DNA of 64,000 bases, taken from contig OY760183.1 in the NCBI GenBank assembly GCA_963663275.1, positions 1,888,001-1,952,000 on the forward strand, in the 5' to 3' direction. The stretch comes from Chloroflexota bacterium. Its GTDB lineage: Bacteria; Chloroflexota; UBA11872; VXOZ01. The position numbers were made by a program, and so were the translations under genes. Under the pieces are notes generated by a model. It ran no database searches. It saw nothing but the letters and a program-made list of their open reading frames with translations, and was not told where the DNA came from. Below are positions 39,391-48,537 of this stretch, in pieces; positions within the stretch are counted from its first letter, which is position 1; each line of letters starts with the position of its first letter.

Positions 39391-40389
39391 ATGGACTTGC
39401 GGGTAGCCGGTATCGGCGCGGGGCGGCGCGCGCAGGCGCACTATCGCGCGTTGCAGCAGGTTGAGAACGCGGAAGTGGCGGCGATTTGCGACGTGGATGA
39501 AGCGCGCGCGGAGGAGGCCGCCGCGCCGTTCGGCGCGCAGACCTACACCGACTACCGCGACATGCTCGACGCCGAACAGCCCGACGCGGTCTACGTCATC
39601 ACGCCTCCCAATCTGCACGCCGAGCAGGTGGAATACGCCGCCACCCAGAAGGCCGCCATCTTCGTGGAGAAGCCGGTCGCGCTTAGCGTGTTGGACGCCC
39701 GCCGCATTCGCATGGCGGTGGAGCAGGGCGGCGTGCTCTGTTGCGTCGGCTACCAGCACCGCTACGGCAGCCTGGCGCGCCGCGCCCAGGAACTCCTTGC
39801 GGGGCGCGAACTTGGTCTGGCGCGCATCTGGTGGTATCAGGGCGTGCCGAAAGTTCCGTGGAATCTCGACTCCGCCCAGGGCGGCGGCCAAATCGTGGAG
39901 CAGGCCACGCACCTGCTCGACCTGTGCCGGCTCTTTGGCGGCGAGGTGGACGAGGTCTACGCTCAGTTCGGGCAGAGCGCGTGGAAAGAAGATGAGTCCT
40001 TTCAGAATTGGGACGTCTACTCCGGCGTCTTTGCCTTCAAGACCGGCGCGGTGGGCAGCGCGGCCACCACCTACGCGCTCTTCTTCGGCCTGCCGCAGAG
40101 TTCGGGGCTGGACCTGGTGAGCGAGGAGATGCTGCTGCGCTTCTGTGGGGGAGAACTGCAACAAATCACCCCACGCGGGACAGTGGCGCATGAGGCCGAA
40201 CCTCCTTCCGCCGAGGCGCGCATGGCGCGGGCATTCCTGGACGCCGTAGACAAGGACGACCCCGCGTTGATCCAGTCGCCGCTGGATGACGCCCTGAAAA
40301 CCCTGGCGCTTACGCTCGCCTTCAACCGCTCCGCGGCCGAGGGCCGGGCGGTCAGCCCGGCCGAGATCGAAGAGGAGATTTTCGCGTAG
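39391..40389 (+). CDS. Gfo/Idh/MocA family oxidoreductase
   Basis: GIGAG Rossmann start, FVEKP, GGGQIVEQATHLLD. Confidence 0.85.
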   Translation: MDLRVAGIGAGRRAQAHYRALQQVENAEVAAICDVDEARAEEAAAPFGAQTYTDYRDMLDAEQPDAVYVITPPNLHAEQVEYAATQKAAIFVEKPVALSVLDARRIRMAVEQGGVLCCVGYQHRYGSLARRAQELLAGRELGLARIWWYQGVPKVPWNLDSAQGGGQIVEQATHLLDLCRLFGGEVDEVYAQFGQSAWKEDESFQNWDVYSGVFAFKTGAVGSAATTYALFFGLPQSSGLDLVSEEMLLRFCGGELQQITPRGTVAHEAEPPSAEARMARAFLDAVDKDDPALIQSPLDDALKTLALTLAFNRSAAEGRAVSPAEIEEEIFA

Positions 40390-40393
40390 TCTT

Positions 40394-40430
40394 ACCCCCT
40401 CTCCCCGGGGAGAGGGCCGGGGTGAGGGGA
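40394..40430. repeat. Palindromic repeat CCCCTCACCC(T/C)..CCCTCTCCC...GGGAGAGGG (other copies about 40702-40738, about 62255-62290)
   Basis: Hairpin family at three gene 3'/intergenic sites; may act as a terminator or mRNA stabiliser. Confidence 0.75.
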
Positions 40431-40530
40431 GCTTCCCGCGAGTGCTGCCCTTTCTGCCTGTCGTATCTATACGTACATGCGCCGATTGGTAGAGAGTGGC
40501 CCGGAGTGGAGTCCCCCCTCACCCCAACGC

Positions 40531-40695
40531 TGTCGCATTAACGTAGCGCGGGGGCTTGTCCCCCGCCGGAACAAGAAAAATGAGAGCGGAATCGATTGAC
40601 CCTACGGAGGACGCAGGTTATGCGCACGTCTCGTGCGAACCTGCGCTACCGGAGAAACGAGCGTAGTTTTCATTCTCATTGCGTTTAATGCGACA
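40531..40695 (+). mobile_element. Composite MITE/REPIN-like element, copy 3, with terminal inverted repeats TGTCGCATTA/TAATGCGACA
   Basis: 10-bp perfect TIR; flanked on both sides by CCCCCTCACCC sequences. Confidence 0.72.
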
Positions 40696-40881
40696 ACATT
40701 ACCCCCTCACCCTAACCCTCTCCCCGCAGGGAGAGGGAACAGAGCGCCTTTCAGCGAGGTTTTGCAAAGGTACCTGGCGGGAAAGAGGAGAGACTCTCGC
40801 CTCGGCAAGGGTCATTGATGAACCTCCTTTGCATGAACAGGTCTCCCCTGGATGGGTAGTTCTCCACTGGAAGATGCTCAA

Positions 40882-41892
40882 ATGATGCGTGACGCTAAGA
40901 CCTACCACTATCCCATTACCCTGTTCAACCCGGAGGCGGCACAGGTTGTGCTGGAGCCATTGGCGGCGGGGAACGGCCATTGGGTGGGCGCGCCTTGCGC
41001 GTTGTATCTGCCGGATGAAGGGGCGTTCTACCTCTACTACCGGCGGCGGCGTCCGCGCGGGGAGGAGCCGGATCGCGGGTTCGCGTGCTCCGTGGCGCGC
41101 AGCGCGGACGGCAGGCAATTCGAGACCGTTTGGTCGGCCTCCAAGGAGGCGTTTGGCGGCTCGCCTTCCGTTGAGAAGAGCAGCCTGGTCAGAGACGCCG
41201 GCGGGCGCTTTCTGCTATTCGTCTCCTATGTGGACAGCGCGGACAACCGCTGGCGGATCGATATGCTGGAAGCGGACACGCCGGAGAGGTTCGACGCAGC
41301 CGCGCGCCGGCCGGTGTTGACGGCGGCGGACATCCAGGCGGAAGGCGTGAAGGACCCCTACGTCGTCAACGTGGGCGGCCTCTGGCACATGATCGTGAGC
41401 TACGCGCCCACTCCCGCGCTGGCGGACGCGCCCGCCCGTGAAGCGATGCACGCCACCGCCGACGTCTACAATACCGGCATTGCCAAGTCGAGCACGGGTC
41501 TGGCGGTGAGCGCCGACGGACGCGAGTGGGAGTGGCAAGGCGACATTTTCGCGCCCCGCGAAAAGGGCTGGGATAGCTACTGCAGCCGCATCTCTTCCCT
41601 CGCGCGCGTGGGCCGGCAGTGGCTGGCGTTCTACGACGGCTCGGCGGACGTTTCCGAAAATTACGAGGAGCAGTGCGGCCTGGCGCTCTCCGCCGACTTG
41701 CGCGCGTTCACCCGCCTAAGTCTTAAAGGCCCGGCGGTACAGTCACTTGGCGGTACGCGCTCCGTGCGCTACGTGGACGCGGTACCGGTTGGCGACGAAC
41801 TGTACTTCTACTACGAGTGCGCCCGCGCCGACGGCGCGCACGATCTTCGCCTGAGCATCCTGCCCCGCGACGTTTTTTGCCCCGGCGAATGA
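40882..41892 (+). CDS. Five-bladed beta-propeller glycoside hydrolase-like protein (GH32/43/130 clan-like)
   Basis: WVGAP, ARSADG..F, EGVKDPYV, AVSADG..W (repeated SxDG..W/F blades). Confidence 0.65.
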   Translation: MMRDAKTYHYPITLFNPEAAQVVLEPLAAGNGHWVGAPCALYLPDEGAFYLYYRRRRPRGEEPDRGFACSVARSADGRQFETVWSASKEAFGGSPSVEKSSLVRDAGGRFLLFVSYVDSADNRWRIDMLEADTPERFDAAARRPVLTAADIQAEGVKDPYVVNVGGLWHMIVSYAPTPALADAPAREAMHATADVYNTGIAKSSTGLAVSADGREWEWQGDIFAPREKGWDSYCSRISSLARVGRQWLAFYDGSADVSENYEEQCGLALSADLRAFTRLSLKGPAVQSLGGTRSVRYVDAVPVGDELYFYYECARADGAHDLRLSILPRDVFCPGE

Positions 41893-41929
41893 AACGGCGG
41901 ACACCCCCCCATCCCCCGAACCATGCGCG

Positions 41930-42100
41930 CCCATGGTAGGGGCACGACATGTCGTGCCCCTACCATGGGGCGCGGCCGGGTGGGAATCGCCCGAGCCGAG
42001 GATAGAATTCGACATGTCGTGCCCCTACCACAGGGCGCGGCCAGGTCGAAATTGCCCGAGCCGAGGATTGAATTCACCACGTCCCGCCCCTGCCAGGGCA
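41930..42100. repeat. REP palindrome followed by about 2.5 progressively decayed 65-bp tandem units
   Basis: Unit cgacatgtcgtgcccctacca...gcccgagccgaggat(a/t)gaatt read directly. Confidence 0.8.
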
Positions 42101-42171
42101 CGCGAAACCTGGCCACCGCTGTCGTCTGTCCGTTGTGGGTGTAGGGACAGGCGTGCTACTATTCGGAAGCC

Positions 42172-42714
42172 ATGAACTCTATTCCCCTTTGGCGCTACAT
42201 TGCCGTGGGCGTGGCCGGCGGCACGCTGTCCGGTCTTGCCGGTGTCGGCGGCGGCGTCGTCATCGTCCCGCTGATTACGGCCTATCTGGCGTTGTCGCAG
42301 CGCCAGGCGCACGCGGTGAGCTTGGGCGCAATCGTGCCCACCGCCATTGCCTCGGCGCTGGTCTACGCCCTGTGGCCGCGCGACGAGCCGCCGGGCAACG
42401 CGGTGCCGGCGTACATAGCCGGGGCCGGTTTCATGCTCAGCGCCGTGCTGGCGGCGCCGCTCGGCGTGCGCATCTCCCACCGCATCAACCAGAGGCAACT
42501 CAAGCGGCTTTTTGCCATCCTACTCACCGCCGTCGGCCTCCGCATGCTCTTGCAGCATCCCGTGCTTGGGAACGCCATCTTGATTGCCGGTTTCGTCTTG
42601 ATGGTAGCCGTGGGGATTTGGAGCTTGGTGTTTCGCCGGGAGGAGACGCAGGAGAAACCGGACGACGCGGCTGACAAGGACACGGAAGACGGAACTGAGG
42701 AGGCGGCGGAATGA
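42172..42714 (+). CDS. TauE/SafE (TSUP) sulfite exporter family, half-size subunit
   Basis: GTLSGLAGVGGGVVIVP...AHAVSL motif. Confidence 0.75.
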   Translation: MNSIPLWRYIAVGVAGGTLSGLAGVGGGVVIVPLITAYLALSQRQAHAVSLGAIVPTAIASALVYALWPRDEPPGNAVPAYIAGAGFMLSAVLAAPLGVRISHRINQRQLKRLFAILLTAVGLRMLLQHPVLGNAILIAGFVLMVAVGIWSLVFRREETQEKPDDAADKDTEDGTEEAAE

Positions 42715-43154
42715 CTCTGGAGCCGGAACTGGCCGTTTTCCTCTTCAGCTTGCTCATCGGCTTTGGCGCGGGCCTGCTCAGCGGCACCATGGGCGTGGGC
42801 GGCGGCATCATCATGGTGCCCGCGGCGGTGCTCATACTGGGGTACAACCAGCACATCGGCCAGGGCATTTCGCTGGTGGTGATGATTCCCACCACGCTGG
42901 CCGGCGCGATTACCCACTACCGGATGAAGAATCTCAAGCTAAAGCCGGTGTTGCTGATCGCGATTGGCGCGGTCGCCGCCGGTTTGCTGGCCGCCACGCT
43001 GGCGCAACAGCTTTCGCAAGCCACCTTGCAGCGCGTGTTTAGCCTCTGGGTGCTGTATTCCGCCATTCGCGCCTGGGGGATAAACGACTGGATAATGCAG
43101 CGTTTCTTCGGCCGCCAGCCGGCGGAACATGTGGAAGAAGCCCCGGAAGAGTGA
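42711..43154 (+). CDS. TauE/SafE (TSUP) sulfite exporter family, half-size subunit
   Basis: GLLSGTMGVGGGIIMVP...QHIGQGISL; ATGA overlap. Confidence 0.78.
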   Translation: MTLEPELAVFLFSLLIGFGAGLLSGTMGVGGGIIMVPAAVLILGYNQHIGQGISLVVMIPTTLAGAITHYRMKNLKLKPVLLIAIGAVAAGLLAATLAQQLSQATLQRVFSLWVLYSAIRAWGINDWIMQRFFGRQPAEHVEEAPEE

Positions 43155-43367
43155 TCGGAGCATACGTTGAACTTCGAACGCAGCGCTTTCCCCCCATTCC
43201 GCTGGCGCCCCAGGCGCGTTCGCCCAGAGCTTGTCGAAGGGTGAACGTAACGCAGGTAAGGCTATGGCACAGACTCACGACAATTCCGTTCATGCTTCGA
43301 CAGGCTCAGCACGAACGGGACCTCCTGCGTCCTAACCTGGACGGATTGACAGAGCCGCTCATCAGGC

Positions 43368-44207
43368 CTACTCTAGTCCGAGCAGGCTCAGGCTGTCCCG
43401 GTGGATGATGCCCTCGATCACGTCCTCAGGCACGCGCGGCAGCGCCGTGCCCTCCACGAGGGCGTTCGCGTTGCGCAGTCCGGCCATGGTGTCGGCGGCG
43501 CTGAAAAGGGGAAAGTCCGTGCCGAAGAGCAGCTTGTGCGCCGCGCCGTATTCCACCGCAGTCATCAGGGCGTTGTAGTATTGCCACGGGCGGGGGTAGA
43601 GGCCGCTGATGTCGGTGTAGACATTGGGTTGCTTGCGCACCACCGAGACCGTTTCGCCGACGCCGGGATGCCCCATGTGCGCCACGATAATCTTCAGGTC
43701 AGGAAAGCGAATCGCCACCTCATCCACTTGGTACGGCTGAGCGTACTTCAATGGCGCTTTGCGCACGAAGGTCGTGCCGTGGTGCCACATCACGGGGGCG
43801 CCGAGCGCCTCGGCCTTGGCGAACATGGCGAGCGCGCCGGCGGAGAGCGGATCGTACCCCTGGTAGATAGGGCCGATCTTGAGGCCGCGCAGTCCGAGGC
43901 TTTTCACCGCGTGCTCCAGTTGGTCGGGGGCGTCCGCGTCGTTGGCGTCCACGCTGGCAAAGCCGATGACGTTGTCGCCGGCCCCGCGCACGTAGTCGGC
44001 CACGTACTCGTTGGGCACCACGATGCCGCTGTACGGGGCGTAGAGCGGAAAGACGATGATGGCGTCCACGGCGTCAACCGCCTGCCGGTGTACTTCCGGC
44101 GGCGCATCGATAGTATGCCCCTTCCACGACGCGCCCAGATCCGCTTTGAATTCATCCGTGAGGTGCAGCGCGGAATCCGCCATGTGCGAGTGAACGTCTA
44201 CGATCAT
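43368..44207 (-). CDS. Amidohydrolase_2 family protein
   Basis: DVHSH, GLRGLKI, IIVAHMG, LFGTDFP. Confidence 0.88.
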   Translation of the reverse strand: MIVDVHSHMADSALHLTDEFKADLGASWKGHTIDAPPEVHRQAVDAVDAIIVFPLYAPYSGIVVPNEYVADYVRGAGDNVIGFASVDANDADAPDQLEHAVKSLGLRGLKIGPIYQGYDPLSAGALAMFAKAEALGAPVMWHHGTTFVRKAPLKYAQPYQVDEVAIRFPDLKIIVAHMGHPGVGETVSVVRKQPNVYTDISGLYPRPWQYYNALMTAVEYGAAHKLLFGTDFPLFSAADTMAGLRNANALVEGTALPRVPEDVIEGIIHRDSLSLLGLE

Positions 44208-44377
44208 GCTGGCTTTCTTTCGTGATTGTTGCTCTCTACCGTTCGTCCGCTAACGCGGTAGCACCAGCATACCACGTCACGAGACGCGGCAATTGGGCCG
44301 GCGCTTCTTCGACCAATGGGCATGAGGGCGGAGATGGCGCAGCGGGCGCGTCGCCGGTCACTTTCAGGCGCAGCGTC

Positions 44378-44703
44378 CCACTGTCATTCCGAATGGAGCG
44401 CCCCTGCGTCATGTCAAACGGAGCGTATCGCCCCACTGTCATTCCGAACGGAGCGGAGCGCAGTGAGGAATCTAGTGTGGTGAGCCGATCAGACTTCACG
44501 CGGCAAGGACTCTAGATTCCTCGCTCCGCTCGGAATGACAGATAGATGCAGTCGGAATGACAGGCAGATTCGCTTGGAATGATGGGTAATTGTGCCGGTA
44601 GTGACAGGTAGCTGTGCCCGTGGTGACGGCAGCTGCGCCCGTAGTGACAGGTAGCTGCGCCAGTAGTGAAGGTAGCTGCGCCCGTGGTGACGGTAGTTGC
44701 GCT
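44378..44703. repeat. CTGTCATTCCGA..GAGCG..GAGGAATCT / AGATTCCTCGCTCCGCTCGGAATGACAG element (also about 58671-58781) with a 21-22 bp tandem array growing from its right arm
   Basis: Inverted arms about 44437-44541; eight drifting units 44531-44703. Confidence 0.85.
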
Positions 44704-44940
44704 CTGCATGTGATGAGATGAGGCCTAGTGTGGCGGTCACGTCTACGTATGAAAGACCCCCTCGAAGCAGTTGCTTGAAAACAACGGCGCTACGGCGTAC
44801 CATAGGAAGCACAGACAGCGGCCATGCAGCGGTCGCTTTCTTTATTTGGGAGCGGCGCAAAGGGACGGCCGGCGTCAGTACTTTGGGACAATGCCGGTTC
44901 TCCGCGACGAAACGACTCTGATTAGGAACATAGCGATCTG

Positions 44941-46680
44941 ATGAAAACAGAATCAGCCCGCGCGCACATTCGCGGTTTGTTGGCGCACGCCTTGAGCGTT
45001 GCGCAGGAGCAGAACAAGCTGCCGCCGCTGGCGAACACCGACGTGACGCTTGAGTACGCGCCGCCGGAAAAGGCCGATTACGCCTCCAATCTGGCTTTGC
45101 GGCTCGCCCGCGCCGTGCGCATGCCGCCGTTGCAGGTTGCCGAGGTAATCGCGGCGGCGCTGCCGGAGAGTGACTATCTGGCCGAGGTGAGCGTGGCGCC
45201 GCCGGGGTTCATCAACTTCCACTTGAGCGAGGCGTGGTTGGCGCGCCAGGTGGATGAGATCGTCGCGCAGGGCGCGGCCTACGGCAACTGCGACGTGGGC
45301 GGCGGCGCACCGCTCCAAGTCGAGTTCTGCAGCGCCAATCCCACCGGCCCGCTGACGATTGGCAGCGGGCGCAACATCGTGCTGGGCGATACGCTGGCGC
45401 GTGTGCTGGAGGCCGCCAATTACCAGGTGCAGCGGGAGTACTACGTCAACGACGCGGGCAGCCAGATGGACACCTTTGCCCGCACTCTGCTGGCCCGCTA
45501 CCAACAACTGCACGGCACGGACGCCCACGTGCCGCCGGACGGCTACGCCGGCGAGTACATGGTGGAACTTGCCGCGCAAGTCAAGGCAGAAGCCGGCGAT
45601 AGCATGGTGGAGATGCCGGAGAGCGAGGCGCTGCACGCCCTGCACGAGCGCGGCCTGGCGCTGATGCTGGAGTCTATCCGCGAGGACTGCGCGCTGCTGG
45701 GCGTGGAATTCGACGCCTGGGTTTCCCAGGCCTGGCTGGAAGATGAGGGCCGGGTGCAAGCCGCCATCGACACGCTGCGCGCGCGCGGGCGCGTGGCCGA
45801 GCGGGAGGGCGCGACTTGGTTCGTTTCGACTGATGTTGAGGAAGATAAAGACAACGTGCTGGTACGCAGCAACGGCGAGCCGACGTACTTTGCCGCCGAC
45901 GTCGCCTACCATGACTACAAGCTGGAACGCGGTTTTGCCAGTCTCATCGACGTGTGGGGCGCGGACCATCACGGTCACGTGCCGCGGGTGAAAGCCTCGC
46001 TGGCGGCCCTGGGCCACGACCCGGAACGGCTTACGATCCTGCTCTATCAACTGGTGCGCGTGCTGCGGGGCGGCGAAGAGGTGCGCATGTCCAAGCGCAC
46101 CGGCGACGTGGTGACCGTGCGCGAGGTGGTGGAAGAGGTGGGCGTTGACGCCAGCAGGTACTTCCTGGTGGCGCGCTCGCCCGATACCGCCATGAGCTTC
46201 GACCTGGACCTGGCGCAGCAGGAGTCGGAAGAAAACCCGGTCTACTATATCCAGTACGCCCACGCGCGCACGGCGAGTATTTTGAAACGCGCGGGGCAAG
46301 AAGGCGTTGTCTCTGACGAAGGCGGCGACAGTGACGAAGGCGGCGTTTCCAATGGAGGCGGCGTTTCCAACGAAGTCATCGAGCCGGGCGCCGCCGACCT
46401 GGACCTCTTGCGGCATCCGGCGGAACTTGCGCTCCTGCGACTGATGATTCGTCTGCCGGAACTCATCGAGGACGTGGCGCGCCAGCACGCGCCGCACCGG
46501 CTGGCCTTTTACGCCCAAGAATTAGCGGCGCTCTTCCACGCCTTCTACCGCGATTGCCGGGTGATCGACCCGGATGACCCTGCGCTTTCCCGGGCGCGCT
46601 TGCAGTTGGCGCGGGCGGCTAAGCTGGTGCTGGCGCGCTGCCTGAGCCTGATGGGGATGTCCGCCCCGGACCGTATGTAG
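44941..46680 (+). CDS. argS: Arginine--tRNA ligase
   Basis: ADYASNLAL, PPGFINF, EFCSANPTGP, REYYVND, TYFAADVAYH, WGADHHG, MSKRTG, YIQYAHAR. Confidence 0.93.
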   Translation: MKTESARAHIRGLLAHALSVAQEQNKLPPLANTDVTLEYAPPEKADYASNLALRLARAVRMPPLQVAEVIAAALPESDYLAEVSVAPPGFINFHLSEAWLARQVDEIVAQGAAYGNCDVGGGAPLQVEFCSANPTGPLTIGSGRNIVLGDTLARVLEAANYQVQREYYVNDAGSQMDTFARTLLARYQQLHGTDAHVPPDGYAGEYMVELAAQVKAEAGDSMVEMPESEALHALHERGLALMLESIREDCALLGVEFDAWVSQAWLEDEGRVQAAIDTLRARGRVAEREGATWFVSTDVEEDKDNVLVRSNGEPTYFAADVAYHDYKLERGFASLIDVWGADHHGHVPRVKASLAALGHDPERLTILLYQLVRVLRGGEEVRMSKRTGDVVTVREVVEEVGVDASRYFLVARSPDTAMSFDLDLAQQESEENPVYYIQYAHARTASILKRAGQEGVVSDEGGDSDEGGVSNGGGVSNEVIEPGAADLDLLRHPAELALLRLMIRLPELIEDVARQHAPHRLAFYAQELAALFHAFYRDCRVIDPDDPALSRARLQLARAAKLVLARCLSLMGMSAPDRM

Positions 46681-46694
46681 ACCCGGCCGCCCAC

Positions 46695-47813
46695 TCAGGC
46701 CACTTCCGCCAGCACCGCGGCCACGTGCCAGTAGAGATTCCACACCTCGCGCGCGAAGACGAGCCGGTTGGCGTCGTTAGTGGGATAGAGATGGGCGAAG
46801 AGAACGAAAGACCGAAACACCACGGTCGTGTGTTCTCCAGCCGCTTCGGCAAGGTGGACAGACTCGCTATAGGGCAGGAAAGCGTCGGCGTGGTCGTGGG
46901 CAATGTAGAGCCGGGCGCGCACGTTCCGCACGTCGGCTGAAGGCGAGATGTCTTGCAGCCAGCCGACGAGCGCCGGGTCGCCGGCAAGAATCTGCCGGGT
47001 GCGGCGGGGATTTTCATTCGCGTAGAGCGCCAGTAGGGTGCGTCCCCGCTGCGAGAGCGTCGCGGGCGGCGCGGTTTCGCCGGCCAGGGCGGCGCGGAGG
47101 CGCGCCCGTTCCGTATCGCTCCCGACGGTTTCCAGCAGCGCGTGTTGAAAGAGGTCGGCGGCCAGTGGGTCCGGCTGCCACGGCACGGCCTCGCCCCCGA
47201 TCAGCGTCTGCCGCGTCGTCACGGCGCTGAGGACGTTCGCCGCGTCGTAGTAGCCGCCAAAGCTGTGCACGAACGCCACGCGGTCGCGGATGCGGGGGTC
47301 CGCCGCCGCCCGCAACGCCAGTCCCGCGCCCACCGAGAACCCCAGAATGCCTACGCGCTCGCGGTCAACCTCCGGTCGGTCGTGCAGATAGAGCGTGGCC
47401 TGCACGACGCCTTCGATCTCTTTGGGGTCGATGACGCCCGCTTCCATGCGGCGCGACTGATGCACGAGCACCACGATGCCCTGCCGCGCCAGCCCGCGCA
47501 CCAGCGCCTGGGCATAGGGGTCGTCCGCCGGCGACGCGATGCCCAGATAGATGAGAATTGCCCCGTAAGGCCCCTCGCCGTCCGGCAGATAGAGATCGCC
47601 GACCAACGCCGGGTCAGAGCCGTCGTACGCGGTGCGTTCCTGGCGGATGGGATTGCCGACGAAGCTGAGCGGCTTGATGGGTACCTGCGGCAGCACCTCG
47701 GTGAGCAGCAGCGCCGCCTTGAAGACCGAACGCTCCTCAGCGGGAGTCAAGCAGCTAGTCAGCAACAAGCCGCAGGCCAAGAGGAGCAGGATGAAAAGTC
47801 GCAACGTGCGCAT
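46695..47813 (-). CDS. Alpha/beta hydrolase-fold lipoprotein
   Basis: LTSC lipobox, GFSVG nucleophile elbow, D and H candidates downstream. Confidence 0.65.
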   Translation of the reverse strand: MRTLRLFILLLLACGLLLTSCLTPAEERSVFKAALLLTEVLPQVPIKPLSFVGNPIRQERTAYDGSDPALVGDLYLPDGEGPYGAILIYLGIASPADDPYAQALVRGLARQGIVVLVHQSRRMEAGVIDPKEIEGVVQATLYLHDRPEVDRERVGILGFSVGAGLALRAAADPRIRDRVAFVHSFGGYYDAANVLSAVTTRQTLIGGEAVPWQPDPLAADLFQHALLETVGSDTERARLRAALAGETAPPATLSQRGRTLLALYANENPRRTRQILAGDPALVGWLQDISPSADVRNVRARLYIAHDHADAFLPYSESVHLAEAAGEHTTVVFRSFVLFAHLYPTNDANRLVFAREVWNLYWHVAAVLAEVA

Positions 47814-47964
47814 CGGTCCGCCCGTGTCGCGCGCTATCCGCGCCGGCGCCATAAATCTGTGAACGGTATCCGTATCGCCTCTATTGTATGCTACACGGGC
47901 GCTGGGAAACGTGCATTTGAAACAGGAAATCTAGTCGGTTGACGCCGATTTAGCGTGAGTAGTC

Positions 47965-48300
47965 TTACGGAGTCCGTTCCTCTTCTCCCACGTCGGAGAA
48001 GTTGGTGATAGCCACCTCGCCATCGGGAAACTCGGCCACGATCTTCAGCTTGCCGCCCACGGCCTCGATGTAGGCGCGGAGGCTGGACACGTACACGTCG
48101 GTCCGTTGCTCCAACTTGGCGACGGCGGGCTGATTTACCCGCAGCATCGCGGCGAGGTCTTGTTGAGTCAACGCGCGCGCCCGGCGCAACTCGTGCAGCG
48201 GCCTTTCCGCTAGCAATTCCCGCTTCACGTCGTCAATCCGCCGGCGGCGCTCCGGCGTGAAGTCCTCGGTCAGTTCGCTGAACGGTTGGCGTCCACTCAT
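47965..48300 (-). CDS. XRE-family HTH antitoxin (HigA-like)
   Basis: LHELRRARALTQQDLA..L.VNQPAVAKLEQRTDVYVSSLRAYIEAVGGKLKIVAEFPDG. Confidence 0.85.
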   Translation of the reverse strand: MSGRQPFSELTEDFTPERRRRIDDVKRELLAERPLHELRRARALTQQDLAAMLRVNQPAVAKLEQRTDVYVSSLRAYIEAVGGKLKIVAEFPDGEVAITNFSDVGEEERTP

Positions 48301-48397
48301 TCGAGCGCCCCTTCTTTTCTCAGTTCCTCAAGATACTCGACGTAAAGGCCGTCAGCCACCAGCCGAACTCGTCCGCGTACTCCACAAGCCAAGGCAT
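48297..48397 (-). pseudogene. RelE/HigB (Gp49-like) toxin remnant with large internal deletion
   Basis: N-terminal MPWLVEYADEFGWW is joined out of frame to C-terminal VADGLYVEYLEELRKEGALE-TGA, which overlaps the antitoxin ATG; TATAAT lies 6 nt upstream of the ATG. Confidence 0.7.
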
Positions 48398-48474
48398 GGA
48401 TGCATTATATCCCAGGTTCGGAATACTATGGAAGAAATGACCGGAGGCTCCCCGGAGCGTTCGGTCTCCTACCC

Positions 48475-48503
48475 TTGACTGTCTGGAGAGATTCACCTAT
48501 ACT
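48475..48503 (+). promoter_or_regulatory. Sigma70 promoter of tRNA-Glu
   Basis: TTGACT-17 nt-TATACT. Confidence 0.75.
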
Positions 48504-48537
48504 CGAAGTACAGTGCCTATAGTGCGGGAACGGGCGT

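Noticed and set aside
42700-42720. Selenocysteine or read-through at the TGA between the TauE halves
   Set aside because: The second ORF is in a different frame (ATGA overlap) with its own RBS-like GAGGAGG, so this is ordinary translational coupling.
44531-44703. CRISPR array or repeat-protein ORF (44489-44860 minus)
   Set aside because: No unique spacers, and mixed 21/22-bp units break the reading frame; the ORFs are by-products of the repeat.
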